Shown piece by piece: positions 1-8,627 of a DNA stretch of 32,000 bases. Both the position numbers and the translations under genes were made by a program. The stretch is from Planctomycetota bacterium. GTDB lineage: Bacteria; Planctomycetota; Phycisphaerae; UBA1845. The stretch covers positions 76,965-108,964 of the forward strand of contig JAUWWQ010000006.1 of the NCBI GenBank assembly GCA_030616775.1, read 5' to 3'. Below the pieces are notes generated by a model. That model ran no database searches and was not told the origin of the DNA. It saw only the letters and a program-made list of their open reading frames with translations. Position 1 is the first letter of the stretch. Each line of letters begins with the position of its first letter.

Positions 1-189
1 GAGAAAGCCCTGAGAGTGTTTGAACTCACGCAACATCTTGCCAGAACATATGTTACGAAAAAGCCGCCCGTAAAGCGGAGTATCCTTGACGCGTTATGTT
101 CGAACATCCGCCTGAACGGCGTAAGTCTTGTTCCCACATACACTTACCCCTTCGACCTACTGGCCGAAGGCCGTCGAAATGGGTTCAAT

Positions 190-263
190 TCGGGGCGACT
201 GGATTCGAACCAGCGACCTCCTGCTCCCAAAGCAGGCGCGCTACCGGACTGCGCCACGCCCCG
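190..263 (-). tRNA. tRNA-Pro (anticodon TGG)
   Basis: The reverse complement folds as a 74-nt cloverleaf: acceptor CGGGGCG/CGCCCCG with discriminator A, D-arm GCGC..GCGC, anticodon loop CTTTGGGA, and T-arm GCTGG-TTCGAAT-CCAGT. No encoded CCA. Confidence 0.95.
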
Positions 264-737
264 TGTGCCACACCAGCATACCACAGCATCGTCCCAGGGC
301 AAGCAGACTGGCCGGGTTGACGAAACAATCGAAGGCGCACCCACGGCGGGCAAGCCGCGTCGAACGATGGCTGATTGGGTGGTGAAGAGTACGCGGGTCA
401 AGTTGGTATTGCGTCACGAATCAAGGGATGGTGGAGCTCCCTCAATGGGATGTGGACGGCTTCCCAGGTATTCGAGGGGGGCCGCGAGGGCTACGTGCGG
501 GCTAGAGCAATTCTCGAAATCGTATGCCGAGCCGCGGGCTTCGGCCCGCGCGGAATCGCATAGTGAAAGGACGCTCGCCGTCCCTGACGTGCGGTATACG
601 AAAACGGGATCTGCTTTAGAATGACTCGTGACGCAGCACCAGAATTGCCCGCTACACCCACCAAGCCACCCCGGGGGCACGCAGGAGAGCGAACGATAAG
701 TCCAGCGTACTGCTGGGCTTGCACAGTCGCGCGTCCG

Positions 738-2531
738 TCACACAACCTCGACCACGACGATGGTGATGTCGTCGGATTGTTCGGCCAGCCCGACGAACCG
801 ACGCACGTCCCACAGGATCTGCTGGGCGAACTGCTGAGCGTCCAGTGATCGGTACTTTCGGATCGAGGCCAGAAGCCGCTCGCGGCCGTAGGTCGTTCCC
901 TCGAAGTCCATGGCTTCGGTGACCCCGTCGGTGACCATCATGAGGATATCGCCGGCTTGGAGCGGTAGAGCTGCACGCTCGAAGGCATACCCGGACCGGA
1001 CCCCGACTACAAGGCCACCAGTTGTAAGTTCCATAAACTGGTCATCACGTAACAGCAGCGGTGGGCTGTGACCGGCATTGCAGTAGGTAAACGTCCGTCC
1101 GTCAGGCGCGAACACGCCATAGATCAGCGTAGCGAACTCACCAGTCAGTGTGTCACGGTACATGTACTCATTTACCCTGGTAACGACGGTCTCAACGTCA
1201 TCAGTGTTGGGTGCGTGCGCCCGAAGCTGAGAGCGGACCGAGGCCATCATAAGCGCCGCCGGCAGCCCCTTCCCGACGACATCAGCAACACAGACCCCCA
1301 GTCGACCGCCGGACAGCTCGATGAAATCATAGAAATCTCCGCCGAGCTGGAGACTCGGGTCGTACACGCAACCGAATTGCAATCCGGGATGGCAGGGCGG
1401 TTGTGCCGGCAGCATACGGTTCTGTATCTCAGCGGCGGCGTCGACCTGCCGTTGGAATCGCTCCACACGGGCCTGCTCGTCCCACAGCCCGCTGGTGATG
1501 ATTGCGGCGGCGGCCTGTGAACCTATCGAACGTAAGAGCGATTCTTCCGGGCCGCTGAATGTATGTCGCCTTGCCGTGTACACGCGGATCACGCCGATGG
1601 TCTGCCCTCGATAGGCCAAAGGTAGGCATAGGCCACTGACAAGACCTTCACGGCGGGCGTTTTCGGGATAGCGGGTGCGCGGATCGCTTGCTACGTCAGG
1701 GATGTAGACGGTCTGTCCGGCGAAAGCGGTCGCATCGATCGCGTTATCACGCAGCGTGACCGGTCCTTTGCGAAGGTACTCATCGGAGAGATTGTGCACG
1801 GCCTTAATCAGAAGCTCGCCAGTGTCCACATTCAGGAGTCGGATTGCGCAGGCTTTGACGGGCATAACCTCGACAACGCGCGTTACGGTCAGATCGAGGA
1901 TCTCCTGCAAGTCCCGCGTACCCGACAGCAAGTCGGTAAACGCGTGCACGGTACGCAAATCGGCCAATTGGCGCTCATTGCGATCCGCCTGACCGTAAAG
2001 GGCTGCGATTGTCTCCGCCAGAACATCGACGAACCGGTGGATCGCCTCCGGGGTCCCCCCGCTGTAGGGATCGATCGAGGCGGCACTGTTCCGGAGCACG
2101 TTGGGGTCCAGTCCGTATTCGGCGGCGAGGGCCTCGACCGTCTCGCGGCCCGGCGGTCCAGGTGCGCGTGTGCCGACGACGATGACGGCCAGGTGCTCAC
2201 CCAAATGAACGATCGGAGTGGCATACAGGGTCATGCCTTCGTGGCACATTGAGGGCACCCGAGCGCTGGGATCTTGTGCGCAGGTGCGGATGCTCTCGGC
2301 GAAGGTGACTCGCCCGCGGGGCGATGTTCCAATCAGCTTGGAAAACCGGCTCCCCCAACTCGGTTGTGTGATACACTCCCCATCCACCGAAGCGATGCAT
2401 ACGGTAACCTTGCCGAGGGCGGCAAAGCGATCCTGAAGCCTCTGGAGAGTTTCGCGGCTGACCAACCGGGTAAGCCCGGTCTCGATCGGATCACCGGCAG
2501 CTCGATCACTATCAGTACCGGGGCATGTCAC
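738..2531 (-). CDS. PocR-like sensor + GAF + SpoIIE/RsbU-type PP2C serine phosphatase
   Basis: 597-aa ORF. N-terminal region has Cys...CHEG spacing reminiscent of PocR. It is followed by a GAF-like segment (ILDLTVTRVVEVMPVKACAIRLL...GQTIGVIRVYT) and the SpoIIE motifs 'AAEIQNRMLPAQPP', 'GGDFYDF', 'VADVVGKGLPAALMMA', 'NAGHSPPLLL' and 'VTDGVTEAMD'. Confidence 0.85.
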   Translation of the reverse strand: MTCPGTDSDRAAGDPIETGLTRLVSRETLQRLQDRFAALGKVTVCIASVDGECITQPSWGSRFSKLIGTSPRGRVTFAESIRTCAQDPSARVPSMCHEGMTLYATPIVHLGEHLAVIVVGTRAPGPPGRETVEALAAEYGLDPNVLRNSAASIDPYSGGTPEAIHRFVDVLAETIAALYGQADRNERQLADLRTVHAFTDLLSGTRDLQEILDLTVTRVVEVMPVKACAIRLLNVDTGELLIKAVHNLSDEYLRKGPVTLRDNAIDATAFAGQTVYIPDVASDPRTRYPENARREGLVSGLCLPLAYRGQTIGVIRVYTARRHTFSGPEESLLRSIGSQAAAAIITSGLWDEQARVERFQRQVDAAAEIQNRMLPAQPPCHPGLQFGCVYDPSLQLGGDFYDFIELSGGRLGVCVADVVGKGLPAALMMASVRSQLRAHAPNTDDVETVVTRVNEYMYRDTLTGEFATLIYGVFAPDGRTFTYCNAGHSPPLLLRDDQFMELTTGGLVVGVRSGYAFERAALPLQAGDILMMVTDGVTEAMDFEGTTYGRERLLASIRKYRSLDAQQFAQQILWDVRRFVGLAEQSDDITIVVVEVV

Positions 2532-2538
2532 GGACTGG

Positions 2539-3600
2539 TCACTCCGGTATGAAGCTCGTGCGGGGGCCGATCGTGGTCACGGTCTCGGCAATCAGCTTCA
2601 CTGCCGCTTCCAGATCGGAGAGGCTGACAATCTCGACCTGGGTGTGCATGTACCGATTAGGAATACTGATTAGCCCGGTGGCCACCCCGGCGCGGGTCAA
2701 CTGGATGGCGTTGGCATCGGTTGGTGTTCCACTCGGTGCCGCCTCGATCTGATGGGGGATGCGCTTGGCCTTGGCAGCCTTTACCATCCTGGCCTCGAGC
2801 CGCGGATTGATGTTGGGCCCTGTGGCAATAGTCGGACCGGCACCGATCTTGATTTCACCGTTGACCCGCTTGTCGATGTCGGGGTAGTCGGTGGCATGGG
2901 TGACGTCGACCGCGATCCCAACCTGAGGATCGATACCGTAGCAGGATGTCTTGGCCCCGCGAAGACCTACCTCCTCTTGGACCGTGCTGACCGCGAACAA
3001 CGCGCACTTGAGCTTCTTAATGGAGCAGCGACGCAGGGTTTCCATGACCACAAACGTTCCGCACTTGTTGTCGAACGCCGGCGAGGTCACGAGGTCACCA
3101 CCAAGGTGCACCATCTCCAGGCGGAAGGTGATCGGATCACCGACGGTTACCACTTGCTTTGTCTCTTTCTTGTTCTTGGCGCCGATGTCGACCCACATCT
3201 CGCGCAGCTCGGTCTTGGCGCCGCGTTCCTCCGGCTTGAGAACATGAACCGGCTTGCGACCGATGACTCCGTCGATGGGGCCGTGCTTCGAATGAACCAC
3301 AACCCGTGACCCGGGCAATACGGACGGGTCGATCCCCCCGATCTGGGCGAAGAAGATGTACCCGTTGTCGTCGATGTATTTCGCCATCATGCCGATTTGG
3401 TCGCAGTGCCCGGCGAGCATTACCCGAGGAGAGCCCTTGGGGTTCAGCGCCACGATGACGCTGCCGTGCACGTCCGTCTCGATGGAGTCGGCGTATGGCT
3501 CCATGCGTTCGCGGATCACCCGCTGCACCGGCTGCTCATACCCCGATGGTGACGGTGTCTCCTGAATGGCTTTGAGAAACTCATAGGATTCTTTACGCAA
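2539..3600 (-). CDS. M42 family metallopeptidase (glutamyl aminopeptidase/endoglucanase-like)
   Basis: 353-aa ORF with 'TPSPSGYEQPV', 'MLAGHCDQIGMM', 'SPAFDNKCGTFVVMETL', 'AVSTVQEEVGLRGAKT' and 'PTDANAIQLTRAGVATGLISIPNRYMHTQVE'. Probable TTG start. Confidence 0.9.
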   Translation of the reverse strand: MRKESYEFLKAIQETPSPSGYEQPVQRVIRERMEPYADSIETDVHGSVIVALNPKGSPRVMLAGHCDQIGMMAKYIDDNGYIFFAQIGGIDPSVLPGSRVVVHSKHGPIDGVIGRKPVHVLKPEERGAKTELREMWVDIGAKNKKETKQVVTVGDPITFRLEMVHLGGDLVTSPAFDNKCGTFVVMETLRRCSIKKLKCALFAVSTVQEEVGLRGAKTSCYGIDPQVGIAVDVTHATDYPDIDKRVNGEIKIGAGPTIATGPNINPRLEARMVKAAKAKRIPHQIEAAPSGTPTDANAIQLTRAGVATGLISIPNRYMHTQVEIVSLSDLEAAVKLIAETVTTIGPRTSFIPE

Positions 3601-3766
3601 GGGAATAGCTCCCGTAAATCAGATTGCAAACACGCGGTCGGAGTGCGCCGCGCAAGCTCCGTGCCCCGTGGGATGAAAGACCACGGCGCAGTGTATGCCG
3701 GCGAGGACCTGACCTCAAGAAGACCGGATACCGCGACAAGCGGCTGAGGGCACACAAGGCGCTGGA

Positions 3767-5344
3767 TCACTCGTGTTCCAGGGCAAACTCCTCGGGATGG
3801 GCGCGCTCGTAGGCCTCCTCCACGACGCGCCTTGCTTGCCGGTCGGCTCGTCTCTTGAGAGCCCGGCGGACAAGCAGGTTCACCATAAGACAACCGATCA
3901 TCCCCCAAATGGCCAGGTGATATATGGCCGTAGCCACTAAAGCGGCGGCGGCCATAGCGATGAGCGCGGAGAGCACCCAGCTTGTGACGACCCATATGGC
4001 TCGGCCCATCTTCAGTTCTGCATCACCGCGTTGGAAGATCCGGTCGGCCATTCCCGTAGCGACGACGGCGGCGAAGGCGACGTAGGTCGTCGATACCGGC
4101 AATCCCAGGCTGCTCGCTGTGGCGATGACGCTGGCTGAGACCGACATGATCACGCAAGCGCGTAGGGAATCGTAGTGCATGGTCTTCCCCGCCGCCGTTA
4201 CAGCGGCCCGGGGAGCCAAAGCCGGGGCAGGCCCTCGAAACTCGAGAAGACGGCTCGCAATCTTTACACACCAGCGCGGGGCCCACAGCTCAACGTGATC
4301 GCTCACGCTGCCGGTGGAGACAGCCGCTTTGGTGACACGCCCGGCGTTTTTGGTGCTCATACCCACGAAAAGCAGCAACCCGCAGGCCAGTAACATCCAC
4401 CAGGCAATGTCGACTTCGGTTCCGATCTCGACGCTCTGCTCGCGAAGGAGATTGAACGCGGCTAGACCGGGCGAGGCGCAATTGGCCAGGTCGTTTTGAC
4501 CGAAGGCAAACGCCATAGCAATCATGCCTAGCACGGAGAGCACGGGAAAAAGCAGCCTGGCGGCGCGCCGGCGATAGACTACCAGAAGCACGTGAATCAG
4601 GATGGCAAATACGCCCCACATGAACAGGAGCAATAAAGCGCCGCCAACACCCATCTCGACCGTGTCATTGAGCAGACTGAGCCACGCGCTGATCTGCTGG
4701 ACCCATGAGACGTTCTTCATGCCCTTAAGCAGGAGAAAGTAACATAGTCCCGCCGTCAGCCCGCCACCGACCCAACCTCCGTGCAGCAATAGTGTGGCCA
4801 AGTGAGTGGACCGATCGCGAATGGCCCCGCGGACGGCACGTTGAATCAAGAACGCTGCGAATCCTGTCAGGATGATCGAACAGACAATACCGGCCATTAC
4901 GGTCCCGGCTTTGCCCCAGTTGACCGTCGACGCCTGGATCGCCAGGGCGGCCCCGAGCAGCTCAAACACCAGGCAAGCGGTCGTGCTGATGGGCATCCCG
5001 AACGCGGAGTAGCTGTATAGCAGCACGGTGTCGACAATATAGACGGAACAGTAGATGGCCAGCGCCGCCCTCAACGCATCATCGAGGACCCCAAGCCCCA
5101 TGGGATCGAAGATCCCCTTCCGGGCAGTGTCGATCACGTCGGAACTGAGCACGGCCCCGACTACAACTGCCAGCCCGGCCACAACAACCGCCGTTTGCCG
5201 CCGAAGAACGCGGGCACCGAATACCGCGTTGACCAGGTTGGTGGCGTCGTTCCGGCCCACCTCGACGGTATCCCAAATCAGCATGCCCACGGCCAGAACC
5301 AGGCAGGCGAGTTGAAATACGCTAAGGGTGGAAAACTCGATCAT
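3767..5344 (-). CDS. Inorganic phosphate transporter, PiT family
   Basis: 525-aa multi-TM protein with 'GRNDATNLVNAVFGARVLRRQTAV', 'AFGQNDLANCASPG' and 'STTYVAFAAVVATGMADR'. It is followed in the same operon orientation by a DUF47 gene, the known partner. Confidence 0.88.
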   Translation of the reverse strand: MIEFSTLSVFQLACLVLAVGMLIWDTVEVGRNDATNLVNAVFGARVLRRQTAVVVAGLAVVVGAVLSSDVIDTARKGIFDPMGLGVLDDALRAALAIYCSVYIVDTVLLYSYSAFGMPISTTACLVFELLGAALAIQASTVNWGKAGTVMAGIVCSIILTGFAAFLIQRAVRGAIRDRSTHLATLLLHGGWVGGGLTAGLCYFLLLKGMKNVSWVQQISAWLSLLNDTVEMGVGGALLLLFMWGVFAILIHVLLVVYRRRAARLLFPVLSVLGMIAMAFAFGQNDLANCASPGLAAFNLLREQSVEIGTEVDIAWWMLLACGLLLFVGMSTKNAGRVTKAAVSTGSVSDHVELWAPRWCVKIASRLLEFRGPAPALAPRAAVTAAGKTMHYDSLRACVIMSVSASVIATASSLGLPVSTTYVAFAAVVATGMADRIFQRGDAELKMGRAIWVVTSWVLSALIAMAAAALVATAIYHLAIWGMIGCLMVNLLVRRALKRRADRQARRVVEEAYERAHPEEFALEHE

Positions 5345-5510
5345 TACCGTGACATAAGGTACGCGCCGCCGAGAGCGCCTGACGTTTTAGGGCAATAGGA
5401 CGTCGAGCAGGTCGGCTTCCAGGCTGGCATGCACCATTGCGAATACACTGGGCTGACCACTGGAGAATCCGGTGTCGATGCAAGTAGGTGAGTCTGAAAG
5501 ACCACGGCCG

Positions 5511-6182
5511 CTATGTGGACAACATCCGTCGGAGCCGATCGCCCGTTTTCTCGGCGAAGTTGGCAAGCTGGCCCAGTTCGCCGAAGATACGGAACCAAAG
5601 CAAAATATCCGTCCCCTTCATTTCATCTTCGAGGGCAAACAGCTTCTGGGACAAGGTGTATTGCAGTCGGTCTGCCTCCCATTCAGCCCTTTCGACCTCG
5701 GCGATCATCGACAGAGCACGCTCTGCTTCCTCGCCGACCATATCGCCAGCAACCAGAGTCGGCAGATAATCCGCGATGTCACGAGTCTGCCTACAGACGT
5801 CTTCCACCTTGGCCAGGTACTCAAACGTCGACTCCACAAGTGATTCAGGCAGGTCCAGGTTCTTGATCGTAAGCAGAACAGCAAGGTCTTCGGCCGAGTC
5901 AGCCATGTCGTCCTGGAGTTTCACAGAGCCGAGCAGGTCACCACGGTACACCGGTAGAAAAAACCGCTTCGGGATGGTCTGGCGGATGTCATCTTTGATG
6001 ATGTCCGCCTGGTGCTCAGCCTTGAAGATCTTCTTGGCCAGCGTCTGCAAATCATCATAGCGGCGATCGCGGACGGCCTCGAACATCGGCCTGACCAGCG
6101 ACACGCACTCCATCACCGTCTTCATGTGATAGCGCAGCGGCTCGAACGGCGATTCGCGAAACAGGTCCTTGATCAACGACAC
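5511..6182 (-). CDS. DUF47 family protein (PhoU-like, PiT accessory)
   Basis: 223-aa ORF 'LFRESPFEPLRYHMKTVMECV...IFKAEHQADIIKDDIRQTIPKRFFLPVYRGDLLGSVKLQDDMADSAEDLAVLL'. Adjacent to the PiT gene; probable GTG start. Confidence 0.88.
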   Translation of the reverse strand: MSLIKDLFRESPFEPLRYHMKTVMECVSLVRPMFEAVRDRRYDDLQTLAKKIFKAEHQADIIKDDIRQTIPKRFFLPVYRGDLLGSVKLQDDMADSAEDLAVLLTIKNLDLPESLVESTFEYLAKVEDVCRQTRDIADYLPTLVAGDMVGEEAERALSMIAEVERAEWEADRLQYTLSQKLFALEDEMKGTDILLWFRIFGELGQLANFAEKTGDRLRRMLST

Positions 6183-6515
6183 AATCTACCTCCCTAAACA
6201 GCCCCCGCTGCATGACGCCCAGCAACGGGGCGCACTATGACGGCAGATGCAGATCGGGGCAAGCCTGCCCATTGCAATCCCCCGGCCAGTTCTAAGGTCT
6301 GTGTGGCATCGACATGTCCAGACCCCCGTACATAAGCTGCATTTGCTGTAGATCGGCGTGCTCGGCAAGCCTGAGTGGGTTGCCCGCACCGCTGCTTGAT
6401 CCCGGGCAAAGCGACTGTGACTGGGACCCGACCAGGAAGAATCTCACAGGGGGCGCTCCAGCCTGCGGGAACCCGCGCGGCCCCGGATCATTAGCTCCTG
6501 ACACTCCAACAACGT

Positions 6516-6872
6516 TCAGCGCGACCAGGTGCAACGAACCTTCCCGTCCGGCTGAATCCGCACCAGCGCAGAGAAGTCCTTCCCCGACAAGAATGCCTCG
6601 GCGTGCTCAGCTCCGGGCCGAAAACCTTTCTTTCGCTCCACGAACTCACCGTCCTCGTAGAGTTCGACCGAATACCGGAGCCTCCCCACGTCGACCCACA
6701 CCTCAGCGACCTTGGATGCTTTAGTCTTGCGAAACCGTTTCTGCATCAAGAGCCGTAGATTACCACGGGCGCCGCCGGCGGGCGAGCGATAGGCATTCGC
6801 TCCAATCAAAGGCTCAAACATGGTTGCGAAGATGGATTCCTCGTCGCGGGCGTAGGCCGACGGGTACCTCAT
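6516..6872 (-). CDS. Hypothetical protein, translationally coupled to glutamine synthetase
   Basis: 118-aa ORF. Its ATG (6872) overlaps the upstream glutamine synthetase TGA (ATGA arrangement). No family recognised. Confidence 0.55.
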   Translation of the reverse strand: MRYPSAYARDEESIFATMFEPLIGANAYRSPAGGARGNLRLLMQKRFRKTKASKVAEVWVDVGRLRYSVELYEDGEFVERKKGFRPGAEHAEAFLSGKDFSALVRIQPDGKVRCTWSR

Positions 6873-8305
6873 ACATCCAGGTACAGGTGATACTCATACG
6901 GGTGAGGCCGCGACGCGATCTCGCCAGACTCGTTGGACCGCTTTGCAGCGATCCAGTGGTCAACGAATGACTTGGCAAACACGCCATCCTTAAGCAGGAA
7001 GTCGTGATCGTTGGCCAACGCCTCGAGCGAATCGTGCAAGGAACGCGGGAGTGGCTTGATTCCCCGCCGAAACGCTTGATCCTGCTTGGCCAGGTCCATG
7101 TCAAAAGGCCCGAAGTTGTTTTCCACAACGTCGATCTTCGATTCGATCCCATCGAGACCGGCCATCAGCATGGCGGCAAGACTCAAGTAGACATTCCCGG
7201 TGAAATCCGGTGGGCGGTACTCAATGCGCTTATCAGTGGGGCTGACCGCGTAACGCGGTACCCGAATCGCAGCGGACCGGTTTGCGAGTGAGAAGAACAG
7301 GTTGACCGGGGCTTCATAACCCTCCACCAGCCGTTTGAAGGAGTTGGTTGATGGGTTGGTCAACCCGGTGAGCGCGCTACCGTGTGCAAGCAATCCGCCG
7401 ATGTAGTGCAAGGCAGTGTCAGAAAGATTGGCGTAATTCCCTTCGCGCTGGTCGTAGAACAGATTCCGGCCGGCCTTTTCGAGTCTCTGATGCACGTGCA
7501 TACCGTTGCCGGCTTCGCCGAAGACCGGCTTGGGCATGAACGTCGCCAGCTTGCCGTGCCGCTTGGCGATGTTTTTTATGACGTACTTGACCAGCATCGC
7601 CCGGTCCGCCACGCAAACCAGGTCTGCAAGGTCGGTCTCGATTTCACATTGCCCCGGAGCGCCGGTCTCATGGTGATGATAGTGTACCGGAATGCCGATT
7701 CCCACCAACGTTACCGCCATGTCTGAGCGGAGCTCGTGCAGTTGATCGCTTGGCGGTACGCGCATGTAGCCTCCTCTCGTTGGGATGCCGGGTGTAATAC
7801 CGCCGCTGTCGACCTCGGAGGACTCGATGGCTACACGCGTGTCGTACGGGTCATTAACCACCCGAACACGGTCAAACACATGGAACTCGAACTCGGGACC
7901 CATCATGGCCACGTCCGCGACCCCTGAACTGCGCATGAACTCGACCGCCCGATTGGCGATCGTCCGCGGGTCGCTGGGAACAGGCTCCTTAGCGTCGGCG
8001 CTGATCGTGTCGCACAGGAAGCTGATCGTTGGGTGCTGCGAGAAGGGATCAACGAACGCCGTGTCGACTTGAGGGCGAGCGGCAACGTCGGAATCTACAA
8101 CCTCCCCGAACCCGGCCCCGGACGAACCGTCATAACCAACGCCCTCTTCAAAGTACTTCTGCGTGAAGCTGCGCGCTGGAAGCGTGATATGCAGCCACTG
8201 TCCCGCTACGCCGACCACCTTTAGATCGACCATTGCGATGTCATGGTCGGATATGTACTTGATTGCTTCTGCAGAGGAAACGAACACGACCACAACTCCA
8301 GACAA
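6869..8305 (-). CDS. glnA: Type I glutamine synthetase
   Basis: Up to 478 aa: 'FFDGSS'-like 'VGYDGSSGAGF', 'GPEFEFHVFD', 'GNGMHVHQ', 'LTNPSTNSFKRLVEGYEAPVN', 'RSAAIRVP', 'RIEYRPPDFTGNVYL', C-term 'PHPYEYHLYLDV'. The TTG at 8305 is uncertain as start; a GTG a few codons in is equally possible. Confidence 0.92.
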   Translation of the reverse strand: MSGVVVVFVSSAEAIKYISDHDIAMVDLKVVGVAGQWLHITLPARSFTQKYFEEGVGYDGSSGAGFGEVVDSDVAARPQVDTAFVDPFSQHPTISFLCDTISADAKEPVPSDPRTIANRAVEFMRSSGVADVAMMGPEFEFHVFDRVRVVNDPYDTRVAIESSEVDSGGITPGIPTRGGYMRVPPSDQLHELRSDMAVTLVGIGIPVHYHHHETGAPGQCEIETDLADLVCVADRAMLVKYVIKNIAKRHGKLATFMPKPVFGEAGNGMHVHQRLEKAGRNLFYDQREGNYANLSDTALHYIGGLLAHGSALTGLTNPSTNSFKRLVEGYEAPVNLFFSLANRSAAIRVPRYAVSPTDKRIEYRPPDFTGNVYLSLAAMLMAGLDGIESKIDVVENNFGPFDMDLAKQDQAFRRGIKPLPRSLHDSLEALANDHDFLLKDGVFAKSFVDHWIAAKRSNESGEIASRPHPYEYHLYLDV

Positions 8306-8481
8306 CGCGTGTTTCGCTACTTATAACCGATTCGCCAAGCTTAATGCACGTCGCGTGCCATTTGCGCCCGCGTCCGTAGCCAGCGCCGACAACCGCCTAT
8401 GTTCCGTCGGTATCCGGGCTCCCAAAGCGGCAGTCCTCGCACGCACAGGGCATCTCGGTCTGGGTCGCATCAGCACCAAAA

Positions 8482-8550
8482 CATCGCTGGACCGAGAATC
8501 TCTTCATCGCTGGACCGAGAATCTCTTCATCGCTGGACCGAGAATCCCTT
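8482..8550. repeat. Three tandem copies of a 23-bp unit CATCGCTGGACCGAGAATCTCTT (third copy has C for T)
   Basis: Read directly: 8482-8504, 8505-8527, 8528-8550. The third copy runs into the palindrome at 8535-8558. Confidence 0.97.
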
Positions 8551-8590
8551 CTCGGTCCTCCAGCAGGTGCCGAGAAAGGATTCTCGGCAC
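8535..8590 (-). repeat. Double-hairpin element, copy A
   Basis: GGACCGAGAA-TCCC-TTCTCGGTCC (8535-8558) and GTGCCGAGAA-AGGA-TTCTCGGCAC (8567-8590), both perfect 10-bp stems with 4-nt loops. Lies 37 nt downstream of the GT2 stop codon at 8628-8630 (minus strand). Confidence 0.95.
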
Positions 8591-8627
8591 AGCGCATCCA
8601 GACCGTCCTCGGCATCGTCGTCCGCCC

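Noticed and set aside
190-263. tRNA-Pro as attachment site for an integrated element
   Set aside because: No integrase gene and no second copy of the tRNA 3' end found in the window.
16-624. 202-aa plus-strand ORF and overlapping small ORFs
   Set aside because: Overlap the antisense of tRNA-Pro, with low-complexity composition and no recognisable motif.
2752-3309. 185-aa plus-strand ORF antisense to the M42 peptidase
   Set aside because: High-GC shadow ORF over a well-supported coding sequence; no family features.
8482-8590. Possible CRISPR array
   Set aside because: The 23-bp units are directly contiguous with no unique spacers, there are only three, and no cas genes are in the window.
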